64,000 bases of DNA from Isurus oxyrinchus (GCA_026770705.1 JANJGN010000002.1:214086001-214150000), one strand, 5' to 3'. Shown: positions 36,960-49,993, counted from the first letter of the stretch. Notes: generated by a model from the sequence alone, not told the origin. Numbers and translations: made by a program.

Positions 36960-39015
36960 TATTATAAGGGTGTTCGGGCAGAGAAAGGGTTATTGTAGGA
37001 CAGGAAAACAGTATCACCCACAGAATGATGTACAGAGTCAAATGATGGTAGACTGTGTGTAGGAGAGTCTGGAAGGAGCCAGCATGGAGACAGCACCCAT
37101 GCAGGGCAGTACTTTGGAGATGTATATAGTTATGGGTTACCAACCAACAGTTGTTGTTCAACCATAAAAGCCTCCAGACCTCTTAGCGAGACACCAAACA
37201 ATGTTACAACATGGTGGCAGTGAAAGATAAACACTGAAATCCCAGAGAAGTTGGAGAAGGAAACCGGAATCTCAAAGCATGAAAAACTAAAGAAACTGAA
37301 ACCCAGCTATATTGAAGACACCATTGGAGATTATCTAAAAAGAAGCTCCATTGCTAGATGTGGGGCTGAGGGACTTCACCGGGGCACGTAGAGGTCCATT
37401 GCCAGACCTGATTGAACGCGGAGTCAAGGGGCCTGGCTAGATCACAAAAGGAAGATGAAAATTCAAAAAAGGAGAGAAAAAGGCTGAAAGGCAGCAGAAG
37501 AATCCACTGTACAGATGAAAACGCCATGATCAAATGCAGAGGCAGAGTCAATGGACTTGCCCAGATCACAAAAGGCTGAGCCAAATTCAAAAAACAAAAA
37601 AGGATGAAAGGCAGAAGAATAATCCACTCTGCAGATGAAAAAGAAACCAAGTGAGCGCAGAGTCAAGAGACCTAGCCGAATCACAAAAAGGCTGAGCAAA
37701 ATACAGTAAAAGAAAGAAAATACATTTTAAGACAGGCAGCAATCCAGATCAGCACTAGCATAGCAATTACTATCCGGATCAGTACCAGCATAGCATTACT
37801 ATCTGGATCAGTACTAGCATAGCATTACTATCCGGATCAGTACCAGCATAGCATTACTATCCGGATCAGTACCAGCATATCAGTGCTATCCGGATCAGTA
37901 CCAGCATATCAGTGCTATCCGGATCAGTACCAGCATACCAGTGCTATCCGGATCAATACCAGCATGCCAGTGCTATCCAGATAAGTAGCAGCATACCAGT
38001 ACTATCCGGATCAGTACTAACATACCAGTACTATCCGGATCAATACTAGCATACTAGTACTGTCTGGATCAGTACCAGCATGCCAGTGCTATCCGGATCA
38101 GTACCAGCATGCCAGTGCTATCCGGATCAGTACCAGCATACCAGTACTATCCGGATCAGTACCAGCATACCAGTACTATCCGGATCAGTACCAGCATACC
38201 AGTACTATCCGGATAAGTACCAGCATACCAGTGCTATCCGGATTAGTTCCAGCATACCAGTGCTATCCGGATCAGTACTAGCATACCAGTACTATCCAAA
38301 AAAGTACCAGCGTACCAGTGCTATCTGGATCAGTACTAGTATACCAGCACTATCCAGATAAGTACTAGCATAACAGTGCTATCCGGATCAGTACTAGCAG
38401 CATACCAGACTATCCAGATCAGTACTAGCATACCAGTGCTATCCGGATCAGTACTAGCATACCAGAGCTATCCGGATCAGTACCAGCATACCAGTGCTAT
38501 CTGGATCAGTACTAGCATACCAGAGCTATCCGGATCAGTATTAGCAGCATACCAGTACTGATCCGGATCAGTACTAGCATACCAGTGCTATCCGGATCAG
38601 TACTAGCATACCAGTGCTATCCGGATCAGATCTAGCATACCAGTACTATCCGGATCAGATCTAGCATAACAGTGCTATCTGGATCAGTACTAGCATACCA
38701 GTGCTATCTGGATCAAATCTAGCATACCAGTGCTATCTGCATCAGTACTAGCATACCAGTGCTATCTGGATCAGTACTAGCATACCAGTGCTATCCAGAT
38801 CAGATCTAGCAAAACAGTGCTATCTGGATCAGTACTAGCATACCAGTGCTATCCGGATCAGTACTAGCATACCAGAACGAAGCCAGCGGGAGGTTGCAGC
38901 AACAGGTCCACAGCCGATGCCATAACCTGTGGTGACCGAGTTCAACTGAATGGAAAGAAAGTTTATAAAAGAACAAGCAGAGCTGAAAATCACCTTCCAT
39001 TTGATTCCCAGGCAT
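36960..39015 (+). mobile_element. Probable truncated non-autonomous LTR retroelement (5' LTR + PBS + repeat-rich interior)
   Basis: LTR-like end ...gttacaaca (37211) immediately followed by PBS-like TGGTGGCAGTG; about 120-bp direct repeats at 37421, 37545 and 37660; no 3' LTR seen. Confidence 0.5.
37745..38875. repeat. 29-bp tandem repeat (TATCCGGATCAGTACCAGCATACCAGTGC)n, about 39 units
   Basis: Contiguous units with no spacers; variants occur in blocks. Confidence 0.95.
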
Positions 39016-39282
39016 AAAGGTGAAGATTATGGGTTGGGGAAAATCCAGGGTCAAGGGGGTTCAGTATCAGGGGGCTAATTGTGAGTCAGGAGAGTTGTGG
39101 GTTGGAGGGGGGATTGTGGGCTGGGGAGATTATTGGTTCCATGTTAGATCATGAGTAGTGGGGAGATCACGCACATGGGGGTCCTTGTACCTCAGTTAGG
39201 GGTGGGGGCTTTGTGTTGCAGAGAGGGAGGCTGAACATGGGGACAGAAGCAAGTCTGCTTGAGAAGCTAAGGGAAGCATTCC

Positions 39283-39401
39283 TCCTTCTCCCCTTTCCCT
39301 CCTCCCTCTCCTCCACCTCCTCCCCTCCTCCTCCTCCTCACCCCCTCCTCCTCTTCCCCCTCCTCCACCTCCTCCATCTCTTCCTCCTCCTCCTCTTCCC
39401 C
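39283..39401. repeat. (CCT)n-like polypyrimidine tract
   Basis: About 120 nt almost entirely C/T. Confidence 0.85.
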
Positions 39402-39779
39402 TATTCGAGGCACGTTAGAGTTAAGTTTCAGATTTTAAAAATTTTTACCTATTCTTCATCATGGAGTTCCCAATTTCCTGTATTCTATCAGTGGGTTTGA
39501 AAGCAGTTTGGTAAGGACTTTGGAGACATTCGGTGGAATTCTCCCAAAATGGAACAATGTGCGGTGGTGGGTGGTTTCAGCAGACCCCAAGCCTGCTGTT
39601 CATAATGACGTCAACTCGCACCCGATTCTGCGCCTGGAGCCTCATTAATTTCACAGAGGTGCCTGGTGGGTGGGAGCTGATTCATCTGCCTGCTGTCAGC
39701 TGGTGGGTTTGAAGGTCATATTTAAACACTAGTTCAACACCCAATTTCAATCTCTCCAGCCCACCAGAGATATCTATCA

Positions 39780-40017
39780 TAAGAAAAAGGCCGAGAGCCT
39801 CAGGCCGAGGTTTGCACCATGCTTCACACCCCAGGATTTCCAGGTCTTGGTCAGAGGGGTGCAGGAACAACAACACGTGCTCTACCCCAGGAAGCACAGA
39901 AGCCTCACCTCTTGGACCTGGGACACCACAGAGGAGCAGGACAGCGTGGTTGACACCCGTGCCCAAAATGCCACCCTGTGCAGGAAGAGGATGAATGATC
40001 TCATTCTCTCCGCCAGG
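39780..40017 (+). pseudogene. Harbinger Myb/SANT gene exon 1 remnant
   Basis: VRGVQEQQHVLYP...ATLCRKRMNDLILSAR|gtaagt, with the same intron position as copy A. Confidence 0.7.
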
Positions 40018-41289
40018 GTAAGTCATCCTTCAACACCCTCCAATATCAAACTCTCATCATGGCATCATGCACCAAATAGCTACTCTCTTCAGGGATCTCA
40101 GACAAACATTAGTGGGGGACACATATCAACACTCATTCTCTCATCAAGATATTCACATCACCACCATTCCACCTATCATTTAGCTCACAATCCATCCTCT
40201 GGCCCTTCTGCAGGGGGCTCACCACACACAGAGGACATGCATCTTATCCAGCATTTGCTGCATCCATTCTCATTAATGCACTCATCACTGCACTCCATGG
40301 TCACACACCCTGGTGGGCACCATCAGGATGTATGGGCATGGTGATGAGGCACCTTGACCACTCTCCGGGTGAATCATCTCCTGTGGGAGTCAGGGTGGGG
40401 CCCTCGGGCACGCAGAGTGAGGATGAACATCAGCCGGACACCCCAGAGGCCTCCTCTCAGGACACTCCAAGGGTGTGCAGCCACTCACAACTCCTCTGCC
40501 TATGACCTCATCTCCTGCAGCTTCTCAGGCTGTGAGGACATTCCTGCCCCTGAACAGGTGACTCTTTTCAGGTCGGGGCCCTCCATGCCATGGGCCACCA
40601 GAGGACGTCCGCCAAGGTCATCACACACATCAGGGTGTAGCAGTCAGCAGGCTGGTTCCACATCTGCTGAGGATGTTGAGGCTGCACCCAGGCACAGAGC
40701 TAGAGATAGGGAAGTTAAGAAAAGCTGATGTCACTTTTGCGTCATGGGTGTGCTAGATGTGTAAATAAATTGCATTTTTGTATATACATTTGATGGTTAT
40801 GTGAACGTTCCTATCAACTGAAGGCTTTGTGATTTTGTACTTTGGAATCCTCGTATTCTAAAGGTTAGCCTTCCTCCCGCTCAGTGATACTGTACCCCTG
40901 TGAGATTCACATCCCTGTGATGTCAACCTCAGTTGAGTTAGTATCTGCACCCCTTGTGTATTGTCAGGGAGATGTGTTTAAATCTTTATTGGAAGCATGT
41001 GATGTAAGCATTTCTCACCCTTCTTCCTCAAACAATTCCATTGAGTGAAGGCAGCTCATCAGCATTGATATTCTAGTGGCATGTGTGCTTCCTCAGTGGT
41101 AGTGACAGAAAAAAAGACATGTATGGGAAGAGGAGATTCCTAGGCATGTCCACACCTCAGTCGCAGCAGTGTTGGCATCATTAGGTGGTGGCGAAGCATT
41201 CAAGTCTTTTCTCAGATAGCTCTTGTTCCTAAGTGGGCTCTCAGTTCCCAGAATGAGCTCACTCAGAGTCCCAGACCAAAGCATAGATC

Positions 41290-42420
41290 ATGACCTGGTG
41301 TTTCATGAGGCAAGTGTGAATGAGGGACTCATTCTCACTGCAAGTGGTGGACATCTCCTGAGTTGAGAGAAGATGGCATTGAGAGCTAGGAGAGATGTGG
41401 CCATATTCCCTCCCTTGACTTTATTTTTCCTGGAACCTGTATCACGGGTGCGTCACCAACGTCTTCCTTCCTCCATAGCATAATGTGCTCATACTGATCT
41501 CCAGAAGCCTGCTGAAGTTCCTGGGCCATTGGATCTTCATCCTCTGATTAGCCCTCATCCTCCTCCAGCTCATCCTCTGGCAGAGGACCACCTCTCTGCA
41601 TTGCCGGGTTGAGAAGGGTGCAACACACTGCGATGATGTGGGAAACCCTGTCGGGAATGTATTGGAGTGAGCCACCTGAGCAGTCCAAGCATCAGGATAC
41701 ATCTTCAGAAACCCTAGGGTCTGCTCTATAAGGGAGTTGTGGACCTCTCCTTGGAACGAGTCTGAGGGCGACGCACTGGTGTCATCAGCCAGCACTTCAG
41801 TGGGTACCCCTTATCCCCAAACAGCCATCCCATCATTACAGACGTAATGGCACACTGAAAATCTCAGGCAACTGGGAGTGACTCACGATGTAGGAGCCAT
41901 GGCAACTCCCAGGGTACCATGTACAAATATGTAATATGTGCTTCCAGTGATCACACATCAGTTGTACATTGATGGAATGATAGCCCTTGTGGAGCCTGTA
42001 TAGCCATATGGGTGCAGTCTATTGCACCCTGAATTCTTGGGAAGCCTGAGATGGGGCGAAGCCAGTGAATCTCACAGCCATGCTAAAACAAATCCGACAT
42101 AATGATGGGTCTTCCTGTAAAGGGCATCTGTGATGTCCTTTATGCATTGACATGTTGCGGACTGAGAAATGCTGCAAAGGTCAGATGTTGAGCCTTGGAA
42201 GGAACCAAAGGCCAAGAAATCAAATGCAGCGGTCACCTTCAAAGCCACTGGCAGGGGATACCCTCCAACTCCAGATGGCGTCAGGTCTTCACAAAGAATG
42301 AGGCATATGTGATGTACCAGATCTCGGGACAATCTCAGGCATGCATGGCATGCCTCTCACTCATTTGTACATAGGATACTCTTGCCTGCCCTACTTGCAT
42401 GGTGGTTGATGCCACCTTGT
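41290..42420 (-). pseudogene. HARBI1-like DDE transposase remnant
   Basis: LPVALKVTAAFDFLAFGSFQ..SISQSA; FPRIQGAIDCTH; KGYHSINVQLMCDH..YPGSCH; WLLGDKGYPL; IEQTLGFLK. Confidence 0.85.
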
Positions 42421-45400
42421 CCCTGAGACACTAGCACACACATTGAGGTGACACATATCTGCGATACCATATTGAACATCTTGAGCCCTGCATGGGATGT
42501 TAAAAATTTAAGTGAGATGATTTACCCAACCTAGCTCTGTGCTCCAATCTCTGATGTGGCATGTTAATGACCAGTCAGTTGCTCATGGTCAATGAGTGGA
42601 TGCCCTTTGTCCCATTAGGAGTGTCACATCTGGTGAACACATGATTGGCCTTCATTGATGGAATGCCATATATGATACAGCTGTGCCTCCCTCACTATTG
42701 TCTGCATTCCCAAATTCTACATTCCTATGTGTTACTCTTGAGATGCAGCGACTGTGATATGAAGCAACTGAGTTCTAAGTAGCCCTTTAATAGTGCTAAT
42801 GAAGCCACTGGCTTTCAGTGGCTTTCATCACAAGGAGGTATTTCTCCTTAATTTCTAAACTCCTGCGGCAACAAGAGGTTAGAGGGCAATCCCAGAAAGA
42901 AGTGCCCCCATTGTGTTCGCCCTTCCCCCGACTGCCATTCCACAGCTTTCCCTCCGTATTGACCCCCCCAATGTTCATCAACCCAATCCTCGCCTCACAG
43001 CCCACCACCGGTTAAAGTGCTAGTCTCTGAAAGTGGAGGCCTGCATGAGTACCACAGCACAGTGGTGTTCCTCGGGACAAAGAAAACAAAGAGAAGGATT
43101 AGTCCAACCCTGCAACCCCAACAGAGTGGCCTTCATTGCAATAAGACTAGCGCCAGGCTAGGGCAGGTATGTTCCACTCACCTCGAAATGTACTGGGGTC
43201 CGACTTATGCGTGCCACCCCTTTTCAAACGGATTTGAGAGCGATGAAATTTCCTGCTGGCATGACAGAAGATTGGAAGGCATGGCAAGATTCTGTGAGCA
43301 GCTGTTATAATGAGCATTCATGACATGCTAATGAATGCAAATAGCATTCGCACCACTCGTCAGCGGAATAACCGAGCCGCCATGTAAACACCGTCGGGAG
43401 AATTGCGACCTGTTTTTACGGCGGTCGATTTCCGATTTTTTGCCTCTTGCTGGGTTCTCCACTCCCGCCCGCCACAGGCAGGATGGGAGAATCACCTCCC
43501 CCATCGTTTGTAACCAGAGCTCCATTCCTGTAAATTTATTGCTGACTGTAAGTGTAGTCAATCCAATGCAGCGTAATACGTATCCATTCAAATTAAATCA
43601 ATTTAACAACCTGTTATAAGCCCGTCAATTCTTATAACTGAATGTGATTTTGTTACTGTTGGTGCTAAGTGCAGGAAAATCACATTAACATCTAAGTTAC
43701 ATTTCAGGAAACAGGAATAATGGAACAATTCATTAAAAGGAAGAAAGTAACTGTGGGTTCAAGCGTAACTATGTTCAACTGGTGGATGTAGAAATGGTCA
43801 TAAATCATGCAAATCAGCAAAGCTTCCAAATCTGAAATGATTGAAAGGGTTATTGAAAGTGCTTAGTTGGCCTCAGAACTGGATACAGTTGGAATTGGCC
43901 CTTGGTCTGTGAAGGATGGATAAGAGTGGCATACTGACATCTGTAAAAGTATAGCCTGATACTGAAATACATCAGTTTTTCTGATAGTTTTTCAACTTCC
44001 TGAGCAAGTGAATAAATACACTGCGCAATAGACATGGAGACATTGAGGCATTCCTCAAAGTTTGGCCATTAAACAATTCAGCAAGAGAATTTTGCTTTTT
44101 GCAACAGAGTCCCAGCAGTGTGAGGCTTTGCCTACCCTTTTGCGTCTGTCTGAACATTTTCATAGATTGAAATTAATTTCTAAAGTTATGGCAGACTCCT
44201 AGCGGGGTGCCTGCAATTAAGAAGGAGACTCTGGTGTTACAGAAGGGTCATGGGAATGGCACTAAACAAGGCAGTGAAGGACCTTACAGTGGCAGAAGTG
44301 TCTGAGGCTTGGGTCAAAGGCTCACCATTGAAGGCCTCACACCCAAGCCTTTCCACGTTTTGGAGTACTGTGCCTGGCTCTGCCAAGGCAAAATTAATCC
44401 AAACACTATTGCTTCATCTATGCTAAAATATTGTGGTTAACAGTAAGCTCTTTTGAAAGGCCAGTGGCTCTGAATTTCTTTGGACTTTCAGCTCTGCCTA
44501 AAAGGATGATCGGGTGCATTTTGGATGAAGTCAGGGTAATGCAGCAGCAGAGGTTCAAGAAAATTCAGGACCAATGTGTCCTCCATCAGCCTCTGCAACT
44601 CCTTCCTCTGCTGATGTAAGGCAGCTGCTGCCAAAATGAGCACTCCGCTTGCAAGAAACAGTCGTGCTGCTATTTGAAAAGACTATAAGAATTAATGTGA
44701 TTTACAGAGTTTACTTACAGCGCTGTCATTTAAGACAAAAGAATCGTTGACTGACTTATGTTAGTCAATAGTTTTGCTTGATAAGTGGCACTTTAGGCTT
44801 TGCAGGCTAATGCCATCCATAAGTTTAAATGTTGCAAATCAGTTTATGGTACTAAATGTAGGGCAACATTAAGCAGACAAGATGATTCACCTGAAGCTCT
44901 TAAAGATAAATACTCCAAAAGCCTGCCGGGAGTAAAAGCAACAGCAAGAATAGAGCCCAGAAGAGAAGTGAATGACAGGTCTACAACATAATGCAAGACT
45001 CTTTATATATAATTTATTTATTCCTGTTTGCGCTGCAGGTTCGAATTAACAAGACTGTTATTTACATCTGACAAATCCACCTACAATTCTGTAACTGAGG
45101 ATATTTGTTACATTTGCCTAAAACATTGGACTCCATGTTAAGCATTGTGTGAGGGAGGATCAGCATTAGGCACCCTAATTCCTTCTGCTTTTCAAATTCT
45201 CTTTAAATCGACTCAGATTAATTTGGTGGTGCAGCTCTGACATTTGAATGCTTAATGTTTAATACAGTTCTTGAGGCTAGGATGATTCACGAAGACCTTT
45301 GAAAAATTAAGCCCCTCCTCCACATTGACTGCAGTGTAGGTTCAATTGCTCAACTATGGAGTATAAATCTATAGGCAAAACCCTATCAAGGGCCCAACTG

Positions 45401-45872
45401 GAAACTTAAGTCAGAGAAAAAAAAAACGTTTACCTTCACCATGAGAGCATTTACTCTAGATGAAATTGGTGTCACAGAAAGAGGAGATTCGAATAATGTT
45501 GGGATTCCAATATTCCAGGGTGTTTATAGGAGCACAATTACTATTATTCAATTTTATTCCTGTGTAGAACTGCTTGCACATAATCTAGGTATCCGTTACA
45601 GTGAAGTAATATGACAAGCAATTGAAGTGCGATACTTTTACTTCATACACTACTAATCTACTCTATTCACTCATACTACCAGAGACACATTGGGTAAAAG
45701 CTTGTAATTTACTCAAGGTTGACACAGTGAGGTTTGTGTGCCTCACTATGAAAACTAGGACTGGGAAATTAAGCAACAGGTAAGAAAAAGAGAGTTTTAT
45801 TCCATTGCTTTGTGCTTTATGTATATTTCACTGTCAGCTACAACTGTATATCCCAGGTAAAACCTAATCAAT

Positions 45873-46004
45873 AAAAGCAAAATACTGCGGATGCTGGAAA
45901 GTTCCGAAGAAGAGTCATATTGGACTCGAAATGTTAGCTCTGTTCCTCTACCCACAGATGCTGCCAGACCTGCTGAGCTTTTTCAGCTTTCTCTTTTTTT
46001 AATG
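45873..46004. mobile_element. Miniature head-to-head PLE insertion (inverted tail + hammerhead motif + tail)
   Basis: 14-bp TSD AAAACCTAATCAAT at 45859-45872 and 46005-46018. Confidence 0.8.
45900..45939 (+). ncRNA. Putative hammerhead motif (different PLE subfamily)
   Basis: agtt ccgaaga a gagtc atattg gactc gaaa tg tt agct. Confidence 0.45.
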
Positions 46005-46029
46005 AAAACCTAATCAATCCCGTCTAATG

Positions 46030-46880
46030 AAAGAGCAAGAAACTGCAGATGCTGGAAATCTGAAAAGAGAAGAGAAAATGCTGGAAGCACTCAGTAAGTC
46101 AGGCAGCATCTGTGGAGGGAGGAACAGAGTTAATGTGTGAATTTTTCCTGGTCTGGCAGGGAGGGGTTTGGAGTTGGGGTCAGGAGTAAAATCTGAAGAC
46201 AGCGTGTTGGGTCAGTTCCAAGCTTTGTTGCCACACCCCTGGGACTTCCTGCCCGAGGTGGAATCAGTGAGGCAGCGGCTACCTGCCTGGCAGTGATGGG
46301 TAGCCCAATAGGGCCACTTTAGGGACAAATTGGGGACAAGATGCTGCTGCCACCAGGATCCTTCAGTACATCGGATGGAGACCTGCTGAGGCCCAAAGTT
46401 TGGCAGGTACCTGGAGGCAGCCTCCCCGGAGCAGACCAGGGGTCAATGATGCCCCCTCTAAATCTCTCCACACAGGGATTAACGGCCCAGCCGTGGGCAC
46501 ATACAATCCACTGGAGGGGTTTCACCTCCACAATGGTGGTCTGCCAGCTGTGGCCATTCCTCTTTTTAAATTTTCATAAGACAGCGCCTCCATCTTGAGG
46601 AGCAGCTACATGCTTTAGTAGCACCCAACTCCCCAGTGGATCTGCCGGCTTCCCAGAGCTTCGAGCCCTCTGTTTGGGCGTCCCATCCTGGGAATCCATC
46701 CGCCATCCTTAATTGGATGGTGAACGTGGAGGCGGTCTCTTAGTTGGCCGGCCTCTGTAAGAGCGTGAATTCGTGCGGCCAGGTGAAACCATTTGGGGTC
46801 CGGAACCACTTTTGGTCCCAGTGGCAGAAAGATTTGAGGCTTTAAAATTCCACCCAACATTTCAGATCAGTGACTTTCTA
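46030..46880 (-). mobile_element. PLE tail fragment interrupted by a Harbinger-type MITE (46135-46855)
   Basis: Tail ..ggaacagagttaat| resumes as |aacatttcagatcagtgac; the MITE ends are gtgtgaattttt / aaaattccaccc, flanked by aat/aac. Confidence 0.6.
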
Positions 46881-46965
46881 TGAGAAATGTTTAAAGTTAG
46901 AGCTATCATGGCAATGAGCCTGTGCTGGGCTAGTTCATCTCAAAGTAATTTCAACCAAAATTTAA

Positions 46966-47123
46966 GGCCAGGATTTCACGGCCCCTCCAGCCCAGTGGGA
47001 TATTACAGTCCCGTCGAACTGAATGGAGATTTAAATTGCTCACTGCATCCACCGATGTGGGGGGTTGGGGGGGTGGGGGGGGGGTGGGTGGGCACGCCTC
47101 GGTTGGGCTGTAAAGTCCTGGCC
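46966..47123. mobile_element. Harbinger-type MITE (about 158 bp)
   Basis: TIRs GGCCAGGATTTCAC / GTAAAGTCCTGGCC, flanked by TAA and TTA. Confidence 0.75.
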
Positions 47124-47274
47124 TTAAATTACAACACTGATTATGCTTCAAATGCAAAGTTGTTTCTAATTTCTCTCTGTTTGTACATGGCTTTGTTGTT
47201 GCGCTGTGCTTTCTCTTTAAGATTGTTGCATGCTAAACATGCACGCATCTGAAAGCGAACGTTGCCTGTTAGTT

Positions 47275-47402
47275 CCCTAGGTGGTATGTTCCAGATTGCT
47301 GCATAGCAAGAGCAATTGTTCAAATGTACTTCACTGCCTGTGAAGTGATTTGTGATGTCCTGAGGATGTGAAAGGTGCTTCATGAATGCAAGTCCTTTCT
47401 TT
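47275..47402 (+). mobile_element. DeuSINE-like 3' fragment (L2-type tail)
   Basis: ttcaaatgtacttcactgcctgtgaagtgatttgtgatgtcctgaggatgtgaaaggtgcttcatgaatgcaagtcctttct. Confidence 0.5.
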
Positions 47403-48089
47403 ATTTCCTCAGGATCCAAAGACATAGTTTAATAAGAAATCCACTGTTATCTCTGCCTACTGACAAGGTATACAAAGCCACTATTCCTATAAAGCAAGCA
47501 TTTTATCATGAACATGAACAACGAGGTTTCAGCTGTATTCCATGAGCTCTTTAATGTGTTAATCTGTTAGTGATCTATTTTTCAGTTAAATTTATTTGCT
47601 GCTCAGCACAAATTTTTGTAACCATGGTAAACAAGTGCAGAGCCAATGAGTACTAATTACCTCAATATCCAACTGTGCAACAGCGATTTGAATGAGAAAA
47701 GTCCTTCAAAATGTTTTGATCTTTGTATTGCCTGATTTTGAATTTTACTGTCAAACTAAAAACAGAATAATGTCTAACTGTTCTGACATTTTGATGATAG
47801 ATTTTATTAGTTCTTTTTCAAACAGACAGTTTCCCCAATAGAGGAGGTTTGAGCAGTGAAAACATCACATTAATGGCCTAAACTGGAAATTATTAACAGT
47901 TTACATGTTTGTTGTTGCTTGTTTCATCAGAATTAATGTCATGTTTAAGGCCCTTCTTTTGTGGTACACAAGTTACATATAAACATGAAAGGCCATCCAA
48001 GTTCTTAGAGCATTTGGAATCTTTTGATTTATTCGCACCGCTAATGATCCCAAACATATTCATAACCACAATTAACAGCAACCAGAACT

Positions 48090-48330
48090 CAAAAGGAAAC
48101 ATCTTTTTCACAACGAGCGTTTAGGTTTTGGAATGCACTGCCTGATCGGCTGGTGGATACAGATTCACGTAACCTTAAAAAGGGAACTGGATAAATACTT
48201 GAAGGAGAAGCAAATTGCAGGGAGTTAGGGAAGAAGTGGGGGAGTGGAACGAACTGGATTGCTTTTTGAAAAAGCCAGTATGGACTTGATGGGCCAAATG
48301 GTCTCTTTTTGTCCTGCATGATTCTATGAA
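48090..48330 (+). mobile_element. CR1 3' fragment
   Basis: tttttcacaacgagcg..tggaatgcactgcctga..gggccaaatggtctc..attctatga tail. Confidence 0.75.
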
Positions 48331-49307
48331 TGCTACAGCTGACTATGGAAGTGAGCCATTGGAGGAAGGTGGGCTGCTCGGGGATTTTGAAGGCACTGGA
48401 CTGCTCAACCAGGGTGCAGAGAGATAGCAATCTATAGTCAAAGTCACAAAGTGTATCATTTGTGACTTTGGACAGTGTGGTCTTACAGATATGAGCAGGG
48501 AAGAAGCCAGATTGGAGGGCGTCAAACTGAAAATGGCCAGAAATACAGGACAGAAACTTTGAGGCAGTGATCTATTCTGAGACTTTAGTAAACATAAGTT
48601 TATAAAATCCACTGAATCAGACAACAACACTCAACAATTAAAATTGATCGGATTTTGGTGAAAATATTAGGTGCCACACCAGACTGGTTCACATACTTCT
48701 ATAACCCTCAACAATGTGACTGGCAAAAGATTGTGACTGCCTAAATAAAAACAGGAGTAGGTAGCAAGTGTCAAAAAAAAGACGCTCTTCCTGATGATTC
48801 TTGGCATGTCAGAATAGTATCATGACAAATATGTTAGCTTTCAAAATGCATTCTGTCATGGCAATCATTATTCTATTTTGGATCCATTAACTGAGAAGGT
48901 TCTCTCTCCATTGCTGTCTTGTAAGCTCCCAAGTAAGTTATTGCTTTGACTGTCTATGGGGTAATTTCTTTCTACGCTGTCCTGTTAAGTATTTTCAGGT
49001 CAAATGTAGCACAAATTTTGCACTAAAGTAAAAGCCAGGCCAAACAGATTCTGTGTGGGTGGGGGGTGGTGGGGGTGGGGTGGGGGGGGGGGTGGGTGGG
49101 TGGGTGGGTGGTCTTTACCAGGTCTTTGGAAGCAGATTTGGAGGTGGTAGAGAGGGGGTGCTGAGCAAAACTGGAGGAAAATATATTGGAGCAGGTTTGC
49201 CAATGTGTTCCTGCCTCTGGTTGTTTTTCCCAAGGGTGGGCTGAGTTTGATGTTGGCAACCTGCCTAGCAGTGGTGGGAAGTCATTTGAGATGCATAATT
49301 AGTTAAT

Positions 49308-49526
49308 TGTAGAAACACGCTCTGGGAGGCTTCTTAGTCAAACAAAACGAACTGTATTTATGCAAGAGGTTCCGTGGCTGCTTGTAACCAGCCAGCCCCT
49401 CATACAGCCATCTTTTCCTAGGAAATCTCTCCCTAGAATTTATTCTGCCGCGCTAGCCACACATTGGTTGAACAAATCACGTGACCCCTTCTCAGTTGAA
49501 CTGATCTTAAAGTGACAGTCAGCATA
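49308..49526 (-). mobile_element. Probable solo LTR
   Basis: 5-bp TSD TTAAT (49303-49307 / 49527-49531); TGT at one end; reverse-strand ctttaaga and cacgtga motifs like those in the LTR at 13067. Confidence 0.55.
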
Positions 49527-49993
49527 TTAATTAGCTGAAATCTTTCACCTATTTTGCCAGTATCGCATGAGCCCCACGCGGTGTTAGCACCTTGGCAACT
49601 CAGAAGAGTTGGTTGCACAGTGAGAATTTGGAGGCTTTGTAACCTTTAACAGCAGAAAAAGGCAAGGCTGATGTCTTCAGCTGACAGAGACTCACCATTA
49701 GGTAGGAATCTCATGGAGACTAATGTTGGACTAATCACACCTCTATTGTGTCCTTCCCACTGCTGCTGCATTTCCCTCAGCAGCGCTTGCACTACAGACA
49801 CAGTGAAGACTGCTGGCCACCCTTGCAATGATGAATCAATTCCCTCAAACCGCCCGCCATCCTTAATTGGAAGGCGATCCCGGAGGTGAGTTCTTAATCG
49901 GCACCCTGCCAGTAGATTGAAGTGAAGGGCAAAACAAAACAGAGTTACCTGGAAAAACTCAGCAGGTCTGGCAGCATCGGCAGAGAAGAGAAG

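Larger units (their letters stand above)
39531..43500. mobile_element. Decayed autonomous-type PIF/Harbinger (Myb gene plus, transposase minus, convergent)
   Basis: Ends ggtggaattctccc / gggagaatcacc; contains both gene remnants listed below. Confidence 0.8.

Noticed and set aside
37745-38875. 29-bp repeats with an internal palindrome as a CRISPR array
   Set aside because: Units are contiguous with no unique spacers, no cas genes are present, and the context is vertebrate.
43840-45600. Candidate host exons (acceptor-like site near 43941 on minus; ATG frame at 45441 on plus)
   Set aside because: Frames close quickly with stops, no convincing donor/acceptor pair, and no recognisable protein.
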